From the human T2T-CHM13v2.0 reference genome, Homo sapiens: a stretch of 64,000 nucleotides of DNA. Positions 13,216 to 28,961 of this stretch are shown here, piece by piece; position 1 is the first letter of the stretch, and the number at the start of each line of letters is the position of its first letter. Both the position numbers and the translations under genes were made by a program. The stretch lies in the NCBI RefSeq assembly GCF_009914755.1, contig NC_060930.1. The stretch is one strand, 5' to 3'. The notes below the pieces were generated by a model. That model had not been told where the DNA came from. It saw nothing but the letters and a program-made list of their open reading frames with translations, and ran no database searches.

Positions 13216-14228
13216 TCAAAGGCAGTGGTCAGAGGGAAAAAAACTGAGATGTTCTCCTTACCATGAATGAATGTATGAATAATGAATGAATTAAAAAATA
13301 AATACAGATGAAAGCAGATGCTATTGATAAGAGACATGTAACTTCATTTCATATGCTTGATACAACACAGATAAAGATGAAGACTGCTAACCTTGCTAAA
13401 AATGATGATTCTTTATTCACTAGATTTAACCTGATGGACTGCTTTCAGTTGTGATGGAGACAACGAAAAAGAATGACAGGCTTGGAAGTATATCATCAAG
13501 CATTATATCTAAAAGGAAAGTAATATTATTAAGGATTTTTTAAGAATTTAATTTTTTGGCATGATATTTCTCTATTAATATAGAAGCCTGTGGTTTGATT
13601 TTATCATGTCTGATTTTCAGGCATGTTTTCAGGTAACCTTTACGTCAGGAAGATGCTACCTGCCAGCTCCCAAGAGTTATTTTATCACACATCTTAATAA
13701 ATACAACAGAATGATGATCACACTCCCCTCCCCCGCCCCCAGCGCTATTTCTCCTCCTTTTTCCCTGCCTTGTCCTCTCACACTGCAGGTGCTCACCCAG
13801 GCATGCAAACTAGAATCTCCAGGCTGGGGCCCTACCCACCCTTCACCTGCCCCTGGGCTGCCAACCACAGTCTTCTTGCTGATATTTGCCCCGTGTAACG
13901 TCCACTGCTTCCACTGCTGCCTCCTTCAGGCACCAGCAGCACTGAATTGCTGACAGTAAAAGCCCCACTAGGCTGCCCACTAAGCCGTCATCCCGTGGCG
14001 CTGCACCCACTGCTTCTCCCCAGCTCCTCTGCATAGGTCTGCCCTTCACTCCCACGCAGAACACGTGGCTCACGAGATGTTCTGATGTGTTGACCCTCTT
14101 GTGCCTCTTGCTCTGTCACACTGTACTGTGTCATCTGTCCCTCCTCTCTACTGGACCTGCACTCCCTGAGGACAGGAACAACGTCCAAGGGCATCTTTGT
14201 CTCATGTATAATGCATTGCATGAAATCC

Positions 14229-14700
<472 letters not shown>

Positions 14701-14918
14701 GAAGAAAGAAAGAGAGAAAGAGAGGGAGAGAGAAAGAGGAAGGAAGAGAGAAACAGAGAGAAAGAGAGAGAAAGAAAAAGAAGGAAGGAAGGGGAAAAAA
14801 GAAAGGAAAGAACGAAAAAGAGAAAAAAAGAAAGAAAGAGAAAGGAAGGAAGGAAGGAAAGAAGGGAAGGAAAAAAAAGAGAAAGAAAAAGAAAGAAAGA
14901 AGAAAGAAAGAAAGAGAA
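14701..14918. repeat. GA-rich polypurine tract (GAAA/GGAA/GA)
   Basis: Direct reading. Confidence 0.95.
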
Positions 14919-16575
14919 ATGCATAGTGGGTGCTCAATAAACTGAACTGGGAAGTGACTGATAATCCAGACTCAGTGCAAACTACTGAATTTTTTTAAAA
15001 TGTTGTGCTACTGGCAAAATCCTTTAGTGATCAGATGCCCAGCCTGGTTCTAACTACATCCTCATTTTCTGTTGTCATTTTGACTCCCCATCATCTTCTG
15101 AAATCCCCTCTTTTTTCTCTCTCTTATCTACTGTCTACATTCATTTGAACTGAAATACTCATTTCCATGTATCTGGGCTGATAAAATAATTGCAGAGATT
15201 TTTCATGCAATTAACTCACAGAGTAGACTCTAAGTACGCTGTTGGATTTTCTATAGCACCACATACTGCTAAGTCTAATTTGCAACCATACAAATCCATG
15301 ACATGTTGGAATTTAAGGAGGTTCATTAGCCTACAATATTTACTCTGCAAAAATGTTTGCTGGAATTGAAAAAGTAACCTCCCTCACTTCACAGAAATCA
15401 CTGACTCCCTTTCTGTTGCTTCAGGGCAACCGCCAGATAAACTCCCCAACTTGCAATGTAAAAATCTGGAATGGTGGTTGCTTAGTCTTTTCTACACATT
15501 TACAAGGGGCTACAATGAGGCAGAGAGTAAATCACACATAGATGGAAGCTGTATGTCCCACACTGGAGCTTATATCGGTCACCATCTTCTTGCTGGGTCT
15601 TTCCCAAGAAATCTCTTTGGAAATGGGAAGTTATGTCTGGAATTCAGGTGGCAGAAGGCCACCTGTGTGCCTACTGTTTGGAAGTCAAGGATGGAGGAGG
15701 GTGCAGGAAAGCATATTGCATTGGCACCACCAAAATGATGCACTCTAACCTGAGGCCACACACACCACACACACACATGCTTCTACAGGATGTATGCCAA
15801 TCCACTAGCCGCGTCGCCCACGCTCATTCGCAGGTCCTGAAAGCTAGCCCACCGTGAGGCCAGGAGGAGGTGTTTTAGAAGAGAATAAAAAACTAGGATC
15901 AGGCACTGATACGGGATGAAAAAGACGAACAGAGACTAATGATGAAATAGAATAAGGGCAGAGGAGAAGTGTGTTGAGTGTGTGGGCAGAAGCACTAGGA
16001 AGGGCAGGATTGTAGAGGCACATATGGTGTACAGGGGTCCTGACACAGCCGTGGCAAGGAGATGCTCAGAGCTTCTGTGGCCAGGACACGATCGTTGCCT
16101 AAAGAGAACAGCTGCGAGGGACATTGTTGACGGAGAGGGACAGAGCGGTCCTGCAGCTCTTTGGGATAGGGAAGTAATTCCTTCACTGGGGCAGTTCTTT
16201 GTACCTATGGGAAGTTCCGAGGTCAGTATTCTTGTTTAAGAATATATTGAGGTTATTGAGATTCCATATTATTACGGAAATAATAGTTGTGACATTTAGT
16301 ACTTCTGTTAAAATAATAATCAAGTCTACATATAATAATATTTAAAAAGGTTTTATATGTACAAGTAAATTTTTTTAATCAAAGGAATTTTCTTCAAATT
16401 GGACTTTAAAATAAAAATGGAGAAATATGGGCATTAACTGCAAAGATATGAAGGACTAAAATTTCAAAATCTAAAAAAAAATCTTAATTTCACTTAATAT
16501 TCTAGAATACACACATTCTGATCAGTTTCTGTCTACAAGAAAGTGGAATAGCTCTTGTTTTTTGTTTTTTTTTTA

Positions 16576-16642
16576 AATGGCGTGAGCCCGGGAGGCGGAG
16601 CTTGCAGCCAGCCGAGATCGAGCCACTGCACCCCAGCCTGGG
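16576..16642 (+). mobile_element. Isolated AluY-type internal right-arm fragment
   Basis: aatggcgtga...ggcggagcttgcag AluY diagnostics; no 3' end and no same-strand poly(A). Confidence 0.85.
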
Positions 16643-16909
16643 ATTAGTTTTTAAATGTTGATACAGGTATAATAAAAAGATCGGCTTTTTATTACAGTTC
16701 TGTAACTGCAGAATGGTTGATGGAACCTGCATGTCCATCACAATCAAGATGTGTTTTCTACTGGCTTTGATTGGGGGATAGCTGTGCGCAAAGCAGAGGC
16801 CCAGGCCCTGTAGACATCACAAGAGAAGACACACTTCTGACATGCACTTAATACCACAGTTCCCATTAAACCAGCGCACTGAACATAAAACAACCTGACC
16901 CAGAGTAAC

Positions 16910-17219
16910 ATTTTATTTTATTTTATTTTATTTTATTTTATTGAGTTACAGAGTCTCACTCTGTCACCCAGTTTGGAGTGCAGTGGTACAATCATAGCTC
17001 ACTGCAGCCCTGATCTCCTGGGCTCAAGCGACCCTCCTGTAGCTGGGAGTACAGGTGCCTGCTACCATGCCTGGCTAATTTTAAATTTTGTTTTATTTTA
17101 TTTTATTTTGTAAAATGGGGTCTCTCTATTTTGCCAGGGCTGGTCTTGAACTCCTGGGTTTTCCTCTCACCTTAGCTTGTAAAGTGCCGGATTACAGGTG
17201 TGAGCCACCACGCCCCGTC
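16910..17219 (-). mobile_element. AluJ with (ATTTT)n tail
   Basis: aatcatagctcactgcagcc...ctcctgggctcaagcg. Confidence 0.9.
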
Positions 17220-17435
17220 CTTTTTTTTAATTGGAAAGATAATTACAACAAATAACTATATACACGCATATAGAGAGAAGAGACGAGTTATCCATAAAGG
17301 CAGAATAAATAGGTTTGCCATTGGCATGTTCCTAAGACATTAATAGAGTAAGCTATATTTTCCCTAGACTGTTTATACTTGTGTCATAAACACGTATGTG
17401 TCACAATACTGTGAACCACTGCATCACACCCTCCA

Positions 17436-17510
17436 ACACACTCACACACACACACACACATACACACACAGAGAGAGAGAGAGAGGGAGAGAGAGGGAGA
17501 CAGAGAGAGA
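17436..17510. repeat. Compound (CA)n(GA)n microsatellite
   Basis: Direct reading. Confidence 0.95.
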
Positions 17511-17904
17511 ATGAGTCTGTTCTCATATAGTTGTTATATTAGCCACAAGGTTAATGATAGACTTCCATGATCGCATTATTCTTAATCTTCAGTGGACTGG
17601 GTAAGGGATATCCCTCCACTTCTGACATTTATTTGGCAAACAAAATCCAGCTGCTGTTCCATGATGCACCATTCCAGCGACTCGTCAAAACTCATCTCCA
17701 GAGCGAATTATGCCCCCAAGGAGTCGAGTGAGTCACACCTTCCTTCATCATTTATTATCAGCTCCTAGATTCCTTATTTAATTCCCAGAAAGTCCAGGCT
17801 TTTTGAAATAGAATGTTGCCTTGAAATAATCAATATGAGATTAAATTCAACTCATGAAGATTGTTCAACACAGAGACATTTGCAAAAGACGATGATTTTC
17901 ACGT

Positions 17905-18299
<395 letters not shown>

Positions 18300-18371
18300 C
18301 TATATCTGCACCTAAAGTCCTGTCCATACAAGATCCAAAAAACAAGACAGGAAGGGGAGGATGAGCTATCC

Positions 18372-19262
<891 letters not shown>

Positions 19263-19669
19263 AACTCTACAAATGGCTGAGTACATTTACTGTCAATTTG
19301 GAAGCATTCTCTCCTAAAAAATAGTGTTTCAAAAAAATGTTTTCTGTGACTCAGAGGGGAGTTTTCCATAGAGAAGCTTCTTGCCTGGCTATCAGTTGGC
19401 TGCACCTGAGCTAGTTTCCATCTGACCTTATCTCTAACATCCTCTATAGCTCCCTTCAGGCAAACAAAGTAGAAGGACTTGGTGGGGGCTCGGACCCAAC
19501 AGCATATTATTCTTGGAAAAGACTTGCTCTGGGTCCTGGGCCTCCTCAAAGCTTAATCAGTTTAAGCCAGTGCTTCCAAAGAGGCCCACCTTCTCCACCT
19601 GCCTGTCTAAAATTCATCATATTTGAGCTTTTCTTGGACTACAAGCGGCCATTTGAAAATAAGTATCTT

Positions 19670-19800
19670 CTGATTGCATCGGAATTACCTGGGAGGTTTT
19701 TTAAATATGAAGGTTCCCAGGCCTCATACTAGACCTAAAGAATCAATAGCACAGAGCTGAAAGGAGCATGTCTGCTCTCTGTGACAAGCTCCCTCCATGA
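19670..19800. mobile_element. MER5-type hAT fragment
   Basis: gcatcggaattacctgggagg...cccaggcctcat...acaagctccc. Confidence 0.55.
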
Positions 19801-20231
19801 CGCGTGATGCACACTGTCCCCAGAAGGCACAGTCTGTGCCTGGAGATCAAAGGAAGCTCGAGACCGGGGCAGCCCCCAGCACCTACCAGTGAAGTCAGGC
19901 CTCGGAGGGGGCCCAAGCATACAGGAGCCGGTGCAAGGAGAGGTGGGCCAGGTGCTCCAGGGCCTTGGAGAGTCTTTTCATTGGGAATAGTGACTAATAG
20001 AAGGTAAGAGGAAGAAAAGGGAGATCAAAACGGAAGAAATACCAGGTTAAGAGAGAGGTTCCAGACATGAGGGCCCAGGAGGGCTAAACTTTGAACATTT
20101 CACACCCCCAGTTTTGTTTAGAGCCAGCTCCAAGCCTTGATTTAGTGAAGACTCAATTTAGACTCTGAATTCAGTCCAAAAGGCCAGCTCTGATGAAGAC
20201 TCCCCGGAAACATAAGCAGAGAAAAAAATAG

Positions 20232-20468
20232 ATTTTTTTAAATTTTTTTTTAAATTTTGTGGGTACATAGTAGGTATATATATTTATGGGGTACATGAGA
20301 TGCTTTGATACAACCATGCAATGTGAAATAAGCAGATCCAATTACATTCTTTAATAAACAATTATTATTGACTCTAGTCATCCTATTGTACTATCAAATA
20401 GTAGGTTTTATTTGTTCTTTTTTTTTTTTTTTTCATATGTGCCCATTAACCATCCCCACCTCCCGGCT
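20232..20468 (-). mobile_element. L1MA 3' end (truncated)
   Basis: ttttgtgggtacatagtaggtatatatatttatggggtacatgagat. Confidence 0.85.
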
Positions 20469-20849
20469 ACAGAGAAAATTTTAAAACCAGAAAGAGTGAT
20501 CCTATAAATATGATCTAGAATGATTACATAAATAAGCATGAAAGTGGTCATGGAAAAAGTTAGAAGATCCAAAGTCAACCACATTTTCACCTACAAAGTA
20601 TGTTTGGAGGAAGAAATTCTGTGTCTGCATGTTCTCCTGGCCAGGTGGTACAGGAAGCAGGGAGCCAGAGGGAGAAGGTTCTAGGCTCTAGGCCTGGCCA
20701 TTCTGCCATTACCTATTGTGGGGTATCTTATAAAACAAACAAACAAACAAAAAACCTCATCCAGAAATAGCCTAAGAGTATGTATGCTTTACTCACTTTC
20801 TTTGCTGTTGGTGCCATGGATTAGTCAATGATGCTTTAATGCAAAATGG

Positions 20850-22433
20850 TGAGAGGTGACAGCGTGCTGGTAGTCCTCACAGCCCTTGCTCGCTCTCGGC
20901 GCCTCCTCTGCCTGGGCTCCCACTTTGGCGGCACTTGAGGAGCCCTTCAGCCCACCGCTGCACTGTGGGAGCCCCTTTCTGGGCTGGCCAAGGCCGGAGC
21001 CGGCTGGCTCCCTCAGCTTGCAGGGAGGTGTGTACCGAGAGGCGCGAGCGGGAACCGGGAGAGGAGCGAGCCAGAGAGGCGCGAGCGAGAGAGGCACGAG
21101 CGGGAACCCGGGCTGCGCACCGCGCTTGCGGGCCAGCTGGAGTTCCGGGTGGGCGTGGTCTTGGCGGGCCCCACACTCGGAGCAGCCGGCCAGCCCTGCC
21201 GGCCCCGGGCATTGAGGGGCTTAGCACCTGGGCCAGCGGCTGCAGAGGGTGTACTGGGTCCCCCAGCAGTGTCAGCCCACCGGCACTGCGCTCGATTTCT
21301 CGCCGGGCCTTAGCTGCCTCCCCACGGGGCGGGGCTCGGGACCTGCAGTCCGCCATGCCTGAGCCTCCCACCCCCTCCGTGGGCTCTTGTGCGGCCCGAG
21401 CCTCCCCGATGAGCGCTGCCCCCTCCTCCAGGACGCCCAGTCCTCTTGACCACCCAAGGGCTGAGGAGTGCGGGCGCACAGCGTGGGACTGGCAGGCAGC
21501 TCCACCTGCAGCCCCGGTGCGGGATCCACTGGTGAAGCCAGCTGGGCTCCTGAGTCTGGTGGGGACGTGGAGAACCTTTATGGGTAGCTCAGGGATTGTA
21601 AATACACCAATCAGCACCCTGTGTCTAGCTCAGGGTTTGTGAATGCACCAATGGACACTGTATCTAGCTACTCTGGTGGGACCTTGGAGAACCTTTATGC
21701 CTAGCTCAGGGATTGTAAATACACCAATAGGCAGTCTGTATCTAGCTCAAGGTTTGTAAACACACCAATCAGCACCCTGTGTCTAGCTCAGGGTTTGTGA
21801 ATGCACCAATCGACACTCTGTATCTAGCTACTCTGGTGGGGCCTTGGAGAACCTTTGTGTCCACACTCTGTATCTAGTTAATCTAGTGGCCACGTGGAGA
21901 ATCTTTGTGTCTAGCTCAGGGATTGTAAATGCACCAATCAGCACCCTGTCAAAACAGACCACTCGGCTCTACCAATCAGCAGGATGTGGGTGGTGCCAGA
22001 TAAGAGAATAAAAGCAGGCTGCCCCAGCCAGCAGTGGCAACCCGCTGAGGTCAAGCTTCGTTTTTTTTGCTTTTTACAATAAGTGTTGCTACTGCTCAGT
22101 CTTTGAGTCCACGCTACTTTTATGAGCTGTAACACTCACTACAAAGGTCTGCAGCTTCACTCTTGAAGCCAGCGAGACCACTGAGCTCACCGGGAGGAAC
22201 AAACAACTCCGGACGCACTGTCTTAAGAGCTATAACACCGCCAAGGTCTGTATCTTCACTTCTGAGCCAGCGAGACCACGAACCCACCAGAAGGAAGAAA
22301 CTCGGAACACATCTGAATATCAGAAGGAACAGACTCCAGACGCGCCACCTCAAGAGCTGTAACACTCACGGCGAGGGTCCGCGGCTTCATTCTTGAGGTC
22401 AGTGAGACCGAGAACCGACCAATTCCGGACACA
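20850..22433 (+). mobile_element. Solo LTR12C (HERV9/ERV9 LTR), full length
   Basis: tgagaggtgacagcgtgctgg start, ccaattccggacaca end; CpG-rich 5' part; tandem ctagctcaggg/caccaatc enhancer repeats; 4-bp TSD atgg/atag (1 mismatch). Confidence 0.95.
21580..22045 (+). promoter_or_regulatory. LTR12C enhancer/promoter: 7 CCAAT (NF-Y) boxes, GATA site, AATAAAA TATA-like box
   Basis: CCAAT at ~21607, 21648, 21723, 21765, 21805, 21934, 21972; agataag ~21998; aataaaa 22007-22013; activity not shown by sequence alone. Confidence 0.7.
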
Positions 22434-23531
22434 ATAGTTTAAAACAAGCAGGTTCTATATGCAAACCCTTCACCAATTTTTCAATTGCCCTTTAATTGCA
22501 AATTGTTTTCAAAGAAGGCTTTAACCTGGAGGCTCTTTCATTGGTTCCTTCTGTTCCTGAGCATCCTGTGAACATGTAGACCGTTCACATATTCATTTTT
22601 AAGCTAAAAATATTGAATTTCAGGAAAGGCCTAGCGAATTTGGGAAAATGTAAGTAAGGTAGAATCCAGTTTATGGGATAATTTTTGGATGCGAGAATAC
22701 TTTTAAACCTTCACTTATGATTGTTATTGCACAAACGAGATTGGTCTGCCCTAGCAAGTCTCACCGAGGTTTTGCAACATATTTACAAGTACAAATCTGT
22801 GTGGCAAAGAGTACTTTTTGTACTATGGGCAGCTTTGATAACAAGCGGAGGTAGGAGGAACTCAATTTAGCCCTATCTGTAGTGCCTTCACAAAGAAAGC
22901 TCTTGCTCTTTGCCTTAACCTTCCCCACGTTCAATATAAGATAGAAAAAGGAAAGAAAGATTTACCTTGTACAGGCCTTTCAGAAGATAGACTGCGGAAT
23001 TACAGAATGCCTAATGAGAAGCACAATTCTTTTCTCAGTGGTTTGTTGCTAAGAAGGATCCATTGTTCATTTTGTTGGAAGATATGAGATGCTTTTGACT
23101 ACATCAGATCTATTTAATACATGACCTTTTCAGTGATTTCAGCAGTAGATACTCCTAAAGCATTATGAGACATCTTCCATAAACATTTTTTCTCCCCAAA
23201 TCAGTTTTTAGAGTACTTTATGTATCTGTTACGACATCCCTAGTTTCATAAAAGTATATAATATCAGTGATCCAGCTGGTTAGAACCATCAGTACTTCAC
23301 TTTTGATGAATTATTTTTTAGTCCCTTTCTATTCTTTTTATCCCCCACCTCAAAGGAACTTTCACATGATAGGTACTCAGCAGATGAAGGAATGCCCTGT
23401 ATGGTAGCGTAGTTGAACATGACATGTCAATGAAGTATTTAAGATGATTCAGAGAGGTCTCTCTGGATGACATGCTCAAGGTAGGTGAGGTCCTTGGTAT
23501 AACGGAGATCTCAACCTGTATCTAATGTGGT

Positions 23532-23640
23532 GAAGGGTAACACGGGACCATGGAGAGGGTAACATGGGACCATGGAGAGGGTAACACGGGACCATGGAGA
23601 GGGTAACACGGGACCATGGAGAGGGTAACATGGGACCGTG
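23532..23640. repeat. 22-bp minisatellite, ~5 copies (gagagggtaacaYgggaccatg)
   Basis: Direct reading, period 22. Confidence 0.95.
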
Positions 23641-23709
23641 AGGCACCAAGAGGCAGACTGCACTCCATGACCCTGCTGCCTGTTGACATGCTGGGACAGG
23701 GAGGACCTA

Positions 23710-24039
<330 letters not shown>

Positions 24040-24679
24040 TCACTCTAGAATTAGTTCTATTTTTTCCTGGATTTTTAACCTATAACATTGTTTTCTCTGA
24101 AATTTTATTTATTTCATTATATATTCATGTTTATATTTTATAGTTTTTTTCATCCAGGCATGAATGAACTAATTTATTCAACAGGTATATATATATATAA
24201 AATGTACCTACCATGCTATGAGATGGAAGGTCTGTTGATTTCGTTAACAACTAAAAGGTATATTTGATTCATGTGGTAGTCTAGACCCATGCTTGTATCT
24301 ATGCATGAACTATTTGTTTGTTCGCATATTTATTTAGTTTTAGTTGTCTGTATGGGAATTCATAATTGGCTTGAGGGCAGAAGCTGGTGTTCTGCTTACC
24401 TCTGTATCATAAGATCACGTAGATAGTAGGTGATTAATAAATGTTGAAATAACGTTAAACAAATTACACCAACTTTCTTAATGGAATTGAGACAAATTAT
24501 AATTAAAAGGTTTATCCCATCAGTATCAAATTCAAAGTATCTGGGAAAATCTTGCAGAAGAAATCGGGAAAGATATTAAGATGTAGTTAGTGCAAATTTA
24601 GGCTATAAATTAGACTCTGAGCTTCCTGATAGCCAGAGTAGGAGGAAAATTTGCCAAGGTACATTGGAAACAGTGATAG

Positions 24680-25207
<528 letters not shown>

Positions 25208-25789
25208 TACTAATAGATTTTTATTATTATTTTACTACATTAGAGGCCTTTTCCATTTATAATTACATATTTTTTGGGATAATAAATATTGATTCCACAA
25301 ATTACTTTTTTTTTTTGCATACACTGGGTACTTGTAGTAAAAAGGAAAGCATCGAATAATCTTATGAAAAAATAAAAGTTCATCTTTCTGAAAGTGAAAC
25401 CTCCTTAGCCTTTTTAATTTAGAACTGATTAAATTCCTTCCCTGTTTGAGATTATAAACTTTACATATAAACTGTGCCTAAAGCAAACCAAAAGCCTACC
25501 CCAAACTCCTACCAATGAAAAATACGTAAGAAGAAGATCAAAATACCTGGAATGGTTGATTGACCCCTAGAGTAGATGTGGGCATTGTGTATAAGAAATT
25601 TTCCTCCAACAGTGATGTACAGTAACTTGAGAAAATACACCTAGAACCATTTATGAATTCTCAAATGAGGAAAATATCTAAACATTTCAATGAACAAAGA
25701 GCTTTGGTTGCTAATTAAGAACTGACAGTAGAGGTTTTTGATTTTTTTCTCCAAGATCATTTAATGTTCAGGTGATCCTAGGGAGGTCA

Positions 25790-25900
25790 CAAACCTTGTG
25801 AAGCCTCAGTTTCTTAACCAGCAAAACGAGAATCATAATACCTGCCTCATAAGAAATCAATGCAGATCAATGAGATTATGTACATGGACAAAGTTTACAA
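25790..25900 (+). mobile_element. MIR
   Basis: aagcctcagtttctt...aaaacgagaatcataatacctgcctcata. Confidence 0.7.
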
Positions 25901-27219
25901 ATTATAAAGTTATAATTTTGGTCCTATAGATTCTAGCATTGACAGCAGTTAAACTTGAGTTGGGAAGTAGTCAATTTTTTGCAACCATGCATATATGATT
26001 AGTCAAATTCATGTAAGTATAACTAATTTCATCTGCTGCTGAGATCCACTTAATTTTTTTGCTCTGTAAATGGATACAATTTAAAAATGTATTGAGTTCA
26101 GTGGCTCAAATGAATCTGTATTGCCATTCTTACTACACAACTTGATTTTATATTTTAAAAGCTTGTCTTCTGTAAGAAGCATGAATTCACAGTGTCTCTC
26201 CATAGATTTAATACCTGTTTATGTACAATCATCATGCAGGATAGTCTTATGTGTGATGCAGTTCTTCTTTTTCCAGCATATTCTTTTCTTGGCATTATTT
26301 ACACTTGGTCTGAATAAGCACATTTAGATAGCTTAATGGTACAAGTGATTACACCATGCTTTTGAGCTTTTATGAGGAAAATTGAAGTATATAATTATAC
26401 TTTTGCACAAACTGGTTTGACTGTTCTCAAAACAAAACAAAAGAAAAACCCTGACTCTACTAATTTTTCAAATGGCTGCACCAGCATGTTTAGAAGCAAT
26501 CAATCAGCAACAATCACATTTCAGATAAACCTCAAGGCTAAGATGTCACCAAGGCGAATAGGAGAAAATGATCGGCTCCAGTGGACGTGCAAAAACAAAC
26601 TTTTTAAAGGAAAGCAAAGATCACAGAGTCCCCGATCCATTCCCTGGGGCTACACAGTGAAAGGATGGATGCTGGTGAGAGCTGGAGAAATGCTACAAAA
26701 GGAACCAAACTGTCCCTTCTGGTCTGCCAGGCTGGCACACAAACAGTGGAAGGGAGCAGTTGCCAAAGGAGCAGAGGCACAAGCTGGGACAGAGCATGAA
26801 GGGCTTGAGAGCGTCCAGTGGCAGGAAGACAGGGAAATAAGGAACTTCCTTATCCTGACAACATCTGAACCTCCCCCACCGCTATAGGGGGAGCAAGCCC
26901 AGCAGTCATGGTATCTGAACAACGCAGGCTGTGAACCTTGGCCAAGCCACTTTCCCTCCGGAGCACCTGCTGATCTCTTTTCTTGACAACTCCCTCTGTA
27001 AGGCAGGGGGTAGATGGCCCAACAATCTCCTGAGTCCTTGTCTCATTCCTTCATTCTCTTCCAGCTAGGGAGCAACTGCTGGGATTGCAAAGGTTTATTT
27101 ATTTATGTATTTATTTATTTATTTTTGGTATTTCATTTTCTTTAATTGCTTGTGTCCAGCAAAAAAAAAAAAAAAAAAAAAAAAACTCTATACTTCTATA
27201 TGTAAAAAACCCTAAATAT

Positions 27220-27542
<323 letters not shown>

Positions 27543-27924
27543 TCACGTGTATGAAGAGGGACAGAGATTAGTAATACTGCTTAAACGTGCTTACAGCCTA
27601 GTGCCAGGTGTACATATTCAGATTTTTTTATTTCTTAATTTGAGTAATGCCTTTTAAGCCACATTAGGTATTTCTTTGACAATAGCAAAAGGAAAAAAAT
27701 ATATATCATTTATGACGTTTCACAAAATCTCAGTCTCGCCATTTATAAAGTTCACAAGTTTACAAATGGCTAATAGAGATTCCCAAGAAATTACCTGATA
27801 ATAAGAGTACTTACCTGTGACTCTTCAACAATATTCACTATTACAACAATATTCACTATTTTAAATTCCAGAAGTCATTGAAGTGCTAATTTTATAATAA
27901 TACTCAGTCAAGGTATTAGTAGCG

Positions 27925-28298
27925 TGGTGATAACAGTACTCGGGAATATCCTATTCATCCTCCTATTTCTTCCAGCCTCCTTGCAGTTAGACAGGGTCAC
28001 ATAACTGTTTCTGGCCAATGGATGTGAAAGGAAATGAAGTGTGTCACTTCCAGGCCAAGGCATGGAAAAACCTTGAGCAATTCTCTAGTTCTTTAAATCT
28101 GCAAGGTTGACAGAAGTCTATAAGATAATAGAGACTTTAGATTGAAGCAAGCTGCATTGCAAATCACTGCATTGGGCAGTGTTTCCCAGACCCATAGTGG
28201 ACATTACCTGAGTGAGAAATAAGCTTTTACTGTATTTTTAAAAACCCTGAACTTTAGGAGCTGTTATTTACTGTAGCAAGCGTAGCCTGTTCTAATAC
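27925..28298 (+). mobile_element. MLT1 (J-like) MaLR LTR
   Basis: cagcctccttgcagttag...tctggccaatgga...gtgtgtcacttccaggcc...ctaataca. Confidence 0.7.
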
Positions 28299-28394
28299 AG
28301 AGAAGAATGGGTTTCAGTTTTGAGAGCTAACCAAAAATCTAGTTAGACTCTTAAACATTTCAACGTTTTAATTAAAGGCTTAGTAGCATGTATC

Positions 28395-28957
<563 letters not shown>

Positions 28958-28961
28958 TTAG

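Noticed and set aside
20877-21642. Longest ORFs (246 aa minus, 235 aa plus)
   Set aside because: Lie wholly within the GC-rich U3 of LTR12C, where stops are scarce; no recognisable domain.
20850-22433. Intact ERV9 provirus
   Set aside because: Single LTR flanked by a TSD, no primer-binding site or gag/pol: a solo LTR.
23532-23640. CRISPR-like appearance of the 22-bp repeats
   Set aside because: Units are contiguous with no unique spacers, there are no cas genes, and the DNA is primate: a minisatellite.
26372-26887. 171-aa ATG-initiated ORF in non-repeat sequence
   Set aside because: No recognisable homology, promoter or exon structure; length is compatible with chance in 64 kb. PhyloCSF or Ribo-seq would be needed to revive it.
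26878-26895. CTCF-like motif (gctatagggggagc)
   Set aside because: Several mismatches to the core consensus; not supportable without ChIP data.
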